Assembly: GCA_000995185.1 (NCBI GenBank)
Contig: LCET01000003.1
Span: 6,989-70,988 of the forward strand
Source: Candidatus Woesebacteria bacterium GW2011_GWC1_42_9
Lineage (GTDB): Bacteria > Patescibacteriota > Microgenomatia > UBA8517
DNA length: 64,000 nt
Reading direction: 5' to 3'
Part shown: positions 58,703 through 64,000 of the stretch, in pieces
How positions within the stretch are numbered: the stretch's first letter is position 1
Layout of the letters: every line of letters begins with the position of its first letter
Program-made: the position numbers and the translations under genes
Notes under the pieces: generated by a model
The model's input: only the letters and a program-made list of their open reading frames with translations
Database searches by the model: none
Told to the model about the DNA's origin: nothing

Positions 58703-59029
58703 ATGCTTAAATTTAAAGTTGGAGACAAAGTTAAAATAATTTCAGGGAAAGATAAAGGAAGGGATGGAGTAATTGAGAAAATTTTTCCCAAGAAAGGTAC
58801 TGCTCTGGTGCCTGGGGTAAATATGTATAAAAAACATATCAAAAAGGCTTTAGCCAAGGATAATAAGGGAGGGATTTATGAAATTCCAAGGCCGATAGAT
58901 GTCTCTAAATTAGTTATTATAGATCCGAAAACCAAAAAACCTACCCGGGTGGGTTTTAAAATTCAGGGAGGGAAAAAGCTTAGGTTTGCAAAAAAAGGCG
59001 GACATTTGCTAGACATTAAGGAAAAATGA
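58703..59029 (+). CDS. rplX: 50S ribosomal protein L24
   Basis: GDKVKIISGKDKG, GVNMYKKH. Confidence 0.96.
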   Translation: MLKFKVGDKVKIISGKDKGRDGVIEKIFPKKGTALVPGVNMYKKHIKKALAKDNKGGIYEIPRPIDVSKLVIIDPKTKKPTRVGFKIQGGKKLRFAKKGGHLLDIKEK

Positions 59030-59583
59030 AGAAAAAGAATTTATTAAAAGATAAATATGAAAAGGAAGTGGTTAAGGGCATGATGAGTGAGTTTGGGACA
59101 AAAAACCGGCTTTCGGTGCCAAAAATTAACAAAGTTGTTGTTAACATGGGCATTAAAGATTTACATAAAGACAAGCAATTAAAAGAACAGTTGCAATTAG
59201 ATTTAGCCACCATAACTGGGCAGAAGCCAAAGGTCCAGCCGGCGAAGAAATCAATCGCTGGCTTTGGGATTAGGCAAGGAATGCCAGTTGGCTTGACAGT
59301 TACTTTGAGAGGGGAGCGAATGTATAGCTTTTTAGCGAAAGTAATTACGGCTGTACTTCCGCGATTAAGAGATTTTCGAGGTGTGCCAAGAAAAAGTTTC
59401 GATAAGGCTGGGAATTATACAATTGGTTTTTCTGAACATACTGTTTTTCCAGAATTAGATATTGCCAAGGTGGGTAAACCGCACGGTCTGGAGATGACAA
59501 TAGTTATTAATTCTGGTGATCCGAAAAAATCGTTTAAAATGCTTGAATTATTAGGTATGCCTTTTAGTAAGGAGGAGATTTAA
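59026..59583 (+). CDS. rplE: 50S ribosomal protein L5
   Basis: [20 protein letters not shown]. Confidence 0.97.
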   Translation: MKKKNLLKDKYEKEVVKGMMSEFGTKNRLSVPKINKVVVNMGIKDLHKDKQLKEQLQLDLATITGQKPKVQPAKKSIAGFGIRQGMPVGLTVTLRGERMYSFLAKVITAVLPRLRDFRGVPRKSFDKAGNYTIGFSEHTVFPELDIAKVGKPHGLEMTIVINSGDPKKSFKMLELLGMPFSKEEI

Positions 59584-59599
59584 AATCGGAAAAAGTAAA

Positions 59600-59785
59600 A
59601 TGGCGAAAAAGTCAAAAATAGTTAGAGAAACAAAAAAATTAAAGTATAAGACCAGATATCGAAATAGGTGTCGGATTTGTGGACGTCCAAGAGGATATAT
59701 GAGAAAATTCGGACTTTGTAGGCTCTGTTTTAGAGAATATGCACACAAAGGTGAAATTCCTGGTGTTAAAAAATCAAGTTGGTAA
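59600..59785 (+). CDS. rpsN: 30S ribosomal protein S14, Zn-binding type
   Basis: [17 protein letters not shown]. Confidence 0.97.
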   Translation: MAKKSKIVRETKKLKYKTRYRNRCRICGRPRGYMRKFGLCRLCFREYAHKGEIPGVKKSSW

Positions 59786-59787
59786 AT

Positions 59788-60165
59788 ATGATAAATTATC
59801 CGATCGGTGATTCATTAATTAGAATAAAAAATGCCGCGCTCGTTGGGAATCGAGAGGTGTCGCTTGAAGTGTCAAATTTTATTCATAAAACCGTCCTTGC
59901 CCTTAAAAGGGCGGGTTATTTGTCGAATGTGGTTAAGAATAAAGATGGTTTGCTGGTTGAGATTGCTTATCACAAAAAGAGCCCACTCTTGACAGATCTA
60001 AAAATATGGTCAAAGCCTGGCCAGAGAAAATATCTTGATGTTAAAGCCTTGTCCGGAAAGAAAGGTATATCTGTCTTTATCCTTTCAACCCCTTTGGGGA
60101 TTCTTAGTTCAAAGGAGGCTCTGAAGAAAAAAGTTGGCGGAGAAGTAATAGCGGAAATTTGGTGA
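59788..60165 (+). CDS. rpsH: 30S ribosomal protein S8
   Basis: PIGDSLIRIKNA, SKPG.R.Y, LSTPLG, GGEV. Confidence 0.95.
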   Translation: MINYPIGDSLIRIKNAALVGNREVSLEVSNFIHKTVLALKRAGYLSNVVKNKDGLLVEIAYHKKSPLLTDLKIWSKPGQRKYLDVKALSGKKGISVFILSTPLGILSSKEALKKKVGGEVIAEIW

Positions 60166-60166
60166 T

Positions 60167-60712
60167 ATGGCAAGATACGGTAGATTACCAGTCGAATTAT
60201 TAGAAGGCGTCAGTTTCGAACAAGCTAACGGAAAGGTTCAGATAAAAGGACCTAAAGGCACGCTTTTCAAAGAAATTCCCCATATGCTTGAGATTAAAGA
60301 GGAGGATGGGAAATTATTGGTCGTGGAGAAAAAAGAAACTAGGCAGGCAAAAGTCTTAAAGGGAACAATAAGATCTCACCTGCAAAATATGGTGAAAGGA
60401 GTAAGTGGGGGCTGGACCAAGGCGCTTGAGATTGAAGGCCCTGGATATCGAGCAGAAGTGAAAGACGATGATCTAGTGCTGTCAGTTGGGTTTTCTCATC
60501 CGGTTATCATAAAAGCTCCTCAGGATACCAAGTTTAAGGTTGAGAAGAATTTGATTACCATTGAAGGTATTGATAAAGAGGTGGTTGGTCAAGTTGCGGC
60601 AAGGATCCGCGATGTTCGGAAGCCGAATCCATATAAAGGAAGCGGGATTAGATATCAAGGTGAAGTGATAAGAAGAAAGCCTGGAAAGCAAGCCATTGGT
60701 GCATCTGAATAA
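60167..60712 (+). CDS. rplF: 50S ribosomal protein L6
   Basis: [22 protein letters not shown]. Confidence 0.96.
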   Translation: MARYGRLPVELLEGVSFEQANGKVQIKGPKGTLFKEIPHMLEIKEEDGKLLVVEKKETRQAKVLKGTIRSHLQNMVKGVSGGWTKALEIEGPGYRAEVKDDDLVLSVGFSHPVIIKAPQDTKFKVEKNLITIEGIDKEVVGQVAARIRDVRKPNPYKGSGIRYQGEVIRRKPGKQAIGASE

Positions 60713-60713
60713 A

Positions 60714-61022
60714 ATGTTAACAAAATTAAGATCAGTTCGAAAAAGACGAATAAGAGGAAAGATTAAAGGCACAAAAAATGTGCCTAGACTGTCTGTTTTT
60801 CGGTCGAACAAAAAGATTTATGCCCAGCTTATAGATGATAAGAAAAGTGTTACGCTGAGTTCAGCTTTTGGAGATGATCCAAAAAGTGTTGGAGAGGAAA
60901 TTGCAAAGAAAGCTTCTGGTAAAAAAATTCAAAAGGCGGTATTTGATAGAAGTGGGTATCAGTATCATGGTAAGGTGAAATTATTGGCCGATTCGGCAAG
61001 GAAAGCCGGCTTAAAAATATAA
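60714..61022 (+). CDS. rplR: 50S ribosomal protein L18
   Basis: [26 protein letters not shown]. Confidence 0.96.
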   Translation: MLTKLRSVRKRRIRGKIKGTKNVPRLSVFRSNKKIYAQLIDDKKSVTLSSAFGDDPKSVGEEIAKKASGKKIQKAVFDRSGYQYHGKVKLLADSARKAGLKI

Positions 61023-61024
61023 TA

Positions 61025-61507
61025 ATGAGTGGATTTAATCAAAATATAGATAGTGAAAATAAGGAAATTGTGGTGGAGATCAAAAGGGTCTCCAAGAAGA
61101 CTAAGGGTGGAAATCAGATGAGGTTTACCGCGCTCGTGGTGGTAGGAGACGGGAATGGCAAGGTGGGTGCGGATCTTTCAAAGGGAGATGATGTGCGATC
61201 AGCGATCCAAAAGGCAATTGCTAAAGCAAAAAGCAAAATGGCCGAGGTTCCTTTATCTGGAAGGACTATCCCCTTTGAAATTAGAGCAAAGTACAATGCC
61301 GCTCGGGTCCTACTGAAGCCAGCGCCAGAAGGATCTGGGATCATTGCCGGTGGGCCAATGAGAGTAGTGTTGGAAGCCGCTGGAGTTCGCGATGTAGTTG
61401 GAAAGATCATGGGTACAAGAAGTAAAGTGACAAACGTCTATGCGACAATAAAAGCTCTTGAACTTATTAAAGATATTCAAAGAAAACAGAAAATAAAAAA
61501 TGGATAA
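61025..61507 (+). CDS. rpsE: 30S ribosomal protein S5
   Basis: RVSKKTKGG, ALVVVGD, PAPEGSGIIAGG. Confidence 0.97.
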   Translation: MSGFNQNIDSENKEIVVEIKRVSKKTKGGNQMRFTALVVVGDGNGKVGADLSKGDDVRSAIQKAIAKAKSKMAEVPLSGRTIPFEIRAKYNAARVLLKPAPEGSGIIAGGPMRVVLEAAGVRDVVGKIMGTRSKVTNVYATIKALELIKDIQRKQKIKNG

Positions 61508-61937
61508 ACTCCCTAAAGTAAAAGAAAGAAGTAGTAAAAGAGTGGGACGGGGCTATGGAAGCGGTAAAGGCGGGCATACGTCAGGTAGGGGGCAAAAAGG
61601 ACAAAAGACCAGAAAAAAAATCCCCTTACTTTTTGAAGGGATAAAAGTAAAAAAGTCTCTTATAAAAAGATTGCCCCTTCAAAGAGGCAAAGGGAAATTA
61701 AAGCCGCAAAAAAAATCTATCGCTATGAAGATAGAGAGGCTAAATGTATTTAAGGCAGGTGAAAATATTACTCTGGAAAAATTAGTTAAATCTGGGATGG
61801 TAAGCCGGAAGAGAGCATTATTGGGAGTGAAGATAGTGGATGGGGGCAAATTAGCAAAAAAGTTGACTATCGAGCTGCCTGTAACCTCGGCTGCCGCTCG
61901 TAAGATTAAGAAAGCCGGAGGTACAATAGTTAAATGA
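61500..61937 (+). CDS. rplO: 50S ribosomal protein L15
   Basis: RVGRGYGSGKG..SGRGQKGQK, FEG. Confidence 0.96.
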   Translation: MDKLPKVKERSSKRVGRGYGSGKGGHTSGRGQKGQKTRKKIPLLFEGIKVKKSLIKRLPLQRGKGKLKPQKKSIAMKIERLNVFKAGENITLEKLVKSGMVSRKRALLGVKIVDGGKLAKKLTIELPVTSAAARKIKKAGGTIVK

Positions 61938-63220
61938 TTGCTGAAATATTTGCATTTTTCTCAAGAAGTATAAACTCTCCAGACATTCGAAAGAAAATTG
62001 TAATCACAGGGCTTATTTTGGCGGCATACCGCTTCATTGGTCATATTCCAGCTGCTGGGCTCGACCGAAGCTCACTGCAGGCGCTTTTTGCGGGGAGTGC
62101 ACTTTTATCCCTCTTGGATGTGTTTTCTGGGGGAACCCTTGCCAATTTTTCAATTATGGCCCTAGGACTTGCCCCGTATATCAATGCCTCGATTATTATG
62201 CAGCTTTTTACTTTTGCCATTCCGCGGTTTGAAGAGTTGTCAAAAGAGGGTGAATATGGGCAAGAGAAGATAAATCAGTACACCAGGTTTTTGACGATTC
62301 CTTTGTCGCTTTTTCAGGGATTTGGAATTTATGTTTTATTAAACAATCAAAATATTATCCCAAGTCTCACGCCTTTTGGGGTGATGGCCTTGGCGATTAC
62401 CATGATGGCGGGGACAATGCTTGCTATTTGGCTTGGAGAATTAATTACTGAATATGGAGTTGGGAACGGGATTTCATTTTTAATTTTTGCGGGGATAATT
62501 GCACGCATGCCAGTCGTGATTGGTCGTTCTGCGGCCACAGTTCAATCAGAGAATGTGATGAGCATAATGGTATTTTTAATCGTTGCGATAGTAATCATTG
62601 GATTAATTGTTTTTGTAAATGAGGGCACAAGGCAAATACCAATTAGGCATGCTAGAGCGCGCGGGAGGGTTCAGGAAGGAAGCTCTGCTTCGTATCTTCC
62701 GTTGAGGGTAAATCAGGCCGGCGTCATTCCGATAATTTTTGCAGTTTCATTGGTTTTGATGCCTTCATTAGTGGGGCAGTTTTTGGCAGGTGTTGGTAAC
62801 CCAAAGGTTGCAAACATTGCCGTAAGAATTACGGAGCTTTTTAATCCGCAATCGGTGGTCTATAACGTATTTTACTTTTTCTTAGTTTTTGGTTTTACGT
62901 ATTTTTATACGGCGATAGTGTTTAATCCGGAAAAGATCGCTGAAAATTTACAAAAAGGCGGTAGTTTTATTCCAGGAATTCGCCCAGGGAGCCAGACTGT
63001 TTCATACCTTTCTTTTGTTTTGTCTAGAATAACGATGATAGGAGCGTTGTTTTTGGGTCTCATTGCAATACTCCCCTCTTTGATGTCCGGGATAATCGGA
63101 GTTTCCAATTTAGTGATTGGCGGCACGGGAATATTAATTGTGGTCTCGGTCGTACTTGAACTGACACGCGACATAGAAGCACAGCTTGTGATGAGAAAGT
63201 ATGAAGGGATATTAAGATGA
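61934..63220 (+). CDS. secY: Preprotein translocase subunit SecY
   Basis: ALGLAPYINASII, GVGNGIS, AGVIPIIFA, FIPGIRPG, GGTGILI. Confidence 0.98.
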   Translation: MIAEIFAFFSRSINSPDIRKKIVITGLILAAYRFIGHIPAAGLDRSSLQALFAGSALLSLLDVFSGGTLANFSIMALGLAPYINASIIMQLFTFAIPRFEELSKEGEYGQEKINQYTRFLTIPLSLFQGFGIYVLLNNQNIIPSLTPFGVMALAITMMAGTMLAIWLGELITEYGVGNGISFLIFAGIIARMPVVIGRSAATVQSENVMSIMVFLIVAIVIIGLIVFVNEGTRQIPIRHARARGRVQEGSSASYLPLRVNQAGVIPIIFAVSLVLMPSLVGQFLAGVGNPKVANIAVRITELFNPQSVVYNVFYFFLVFGFTYFYTAIVFNPEKIAENLQKGGSFIPGIRPGSQTVSYLSFVLSRITMIGALFLGLIAILPSLMSGIIGVSNLVIGGTGILIVVSVVLELTRDIEAQLVMRKYEGILR

Positions 63221-63861
63221 ATATAATTATTCTGGGGCCTCCAGGTTCAGGAAAAGGTACTCAAGCGGAGAAATTGGCCAAAAAGTTCAGTCTTTTTTAT
63301 TTTTCGTCAGGCACGTTAACTCGTGAATTATCAAAAAATGATCCGCGGATTAGAGCGATTATGGAAAAAGGGGGGCTTATCCCAAGCAAAGAAATGAGTG
63401 AGTATGTTTTATCTTATCTTGGTAAAAACTCACCTCAGGCTGACAATATCATTTTTGATGGGTACCCGCGCTTGGTGGATCAATACGATCTACTTAAGAA
63501 GTGGGTAGAGGGAAAAGGGAAAAAGATTGATTTGGCTATATTTTTGGAGGTTAGCGAGGCTCAAGTGATAAAGCGGATTTCATCAAGAAGAATGTGTGCA
63601 CAGTGTGGAGAGATTTATAACCTTGCAACGAATCTACCTTCAGGTGAAGTTTGCGATAAATGCGGAGGTAAATTAATCAGAAGAAAGGATGATTCTCCCG
63701 AGAGCGTGAAAGAGCGGCTCTTCTTGTATAAGAGCAGTATAGAAAAAGTAATCAAGAAATTAGATGAGGATGATCTGCTTCAAAGAGTAGATGGGGATAG
63801 AGAAATTAATGAGATCCAAAAAGATTTAGTAAAATTACTGGAATCATATGAAAGGAATTAG
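63217..63861 (+). CDS. adk: Adenylate kinase with Zn-lid
   Basis: GPPGSGKGTQ, DGYPR, CAQC..CDKC lid. Confidence 0.95.
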   Translation: MNIIILGPPGSGKGTQAEKLAKKFSLFYFSSGTLTRELSKNDPRIRAIMEKGGLIPSKEMSEYVLSYLGKNSPQADNIIFDGYPRLVDQYDLLKKWVEGKGKKIDLAIFLEVSEAQVIKRISSRRMCAQCGEIYNLATNLPSGEVCDKCGGKLIRRKDDSPESVKERLFLYKSSIEKVIKKLDEDDLLQRVDGDREINEIQKDLVKLLESYERN

Positions 63862-64000
63862 TTTAAAAACAGATCAAGAAATTGCAGTGATGAGGGAAGG
63901 GGGCAAGAAGCTTTCGGTGATTAAAAAAAAGCTTAAAGGAGAAGTTAAGCCTGGGGTTAGCTCTTTGGAGATAGAAAATCTTGCTACTAAACTTATTAAG
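63848..64000 (+). CDS. map: Methionine aminopeptidase, 5' part (cut by the window end)
   Basis: MKGISLKTDQEIAVMREGG..VKPGVS; canonical position after adk. Confidence 0.85.
   Translation, partial: MKGISLKTDQEIAVMREGGKKLSVIKKKLKGEVKPGVSSLEIENLATKLIK

Noticed and set aside
17572-63174. Many 60-185 aa antisense or alternate-frame ORFs inside murJ, dnaK, nusA, pnp, rpoBC and r-protein genes
   Set aside because: Shadow ORFs of highly conserved genes with no independent expression signals

Overview
A 64-kb, gene-dense, core-genome window of a Patescibacteria/CPR bacterium, most likely Microgenomates/Woesebacteria-like (inference: no rpmD between rpsE and rplO, short IF2, short AlaRS, few Shine-Dalgarno sites). 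Left to right: rmuC and a UvrD helicase-nuclease; a structured 330-bp intergenic region; two FemABX genes and pcrA; an LCP protein and a double GT-C glycosyltransferase; a minus-strand operon of pilN, pilO, a small membrane protein and three surface proteins (two Cys-rich, two with LPxTG/LPxAG-type tails); rpsT, murJ, CIRCE-hrcA-grpE-dnaK-(GT)-dnaJ; nusA, infB, DHH-like, rpsO, pnp/Lon-AAA, rnj, ftsK/rodZ-like, alaS, actin-like/baseplate-J-like protein, sortase, ruvX, mltG; a fused rpoB-rpoC; and the str-S10-spc operons up to secY-adk-map. The best novelty candidates are (i) the cell-surface module (PilN/O, disulfide-module surface proteins, sortase, FemABX, LCP, O-mannosyltransferase), (ii) the two-promoter structured RNA/micropeptide locus at 3338-3668, and (iii) unusual residues in EF-G, RpoB and S12. 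Three odd junctions (pnp-uvrA-lon, ftsK-rodZ, an rpoC internal deletion) look like local assembly errors. All calls come from reading the sequence; no database searches were run.
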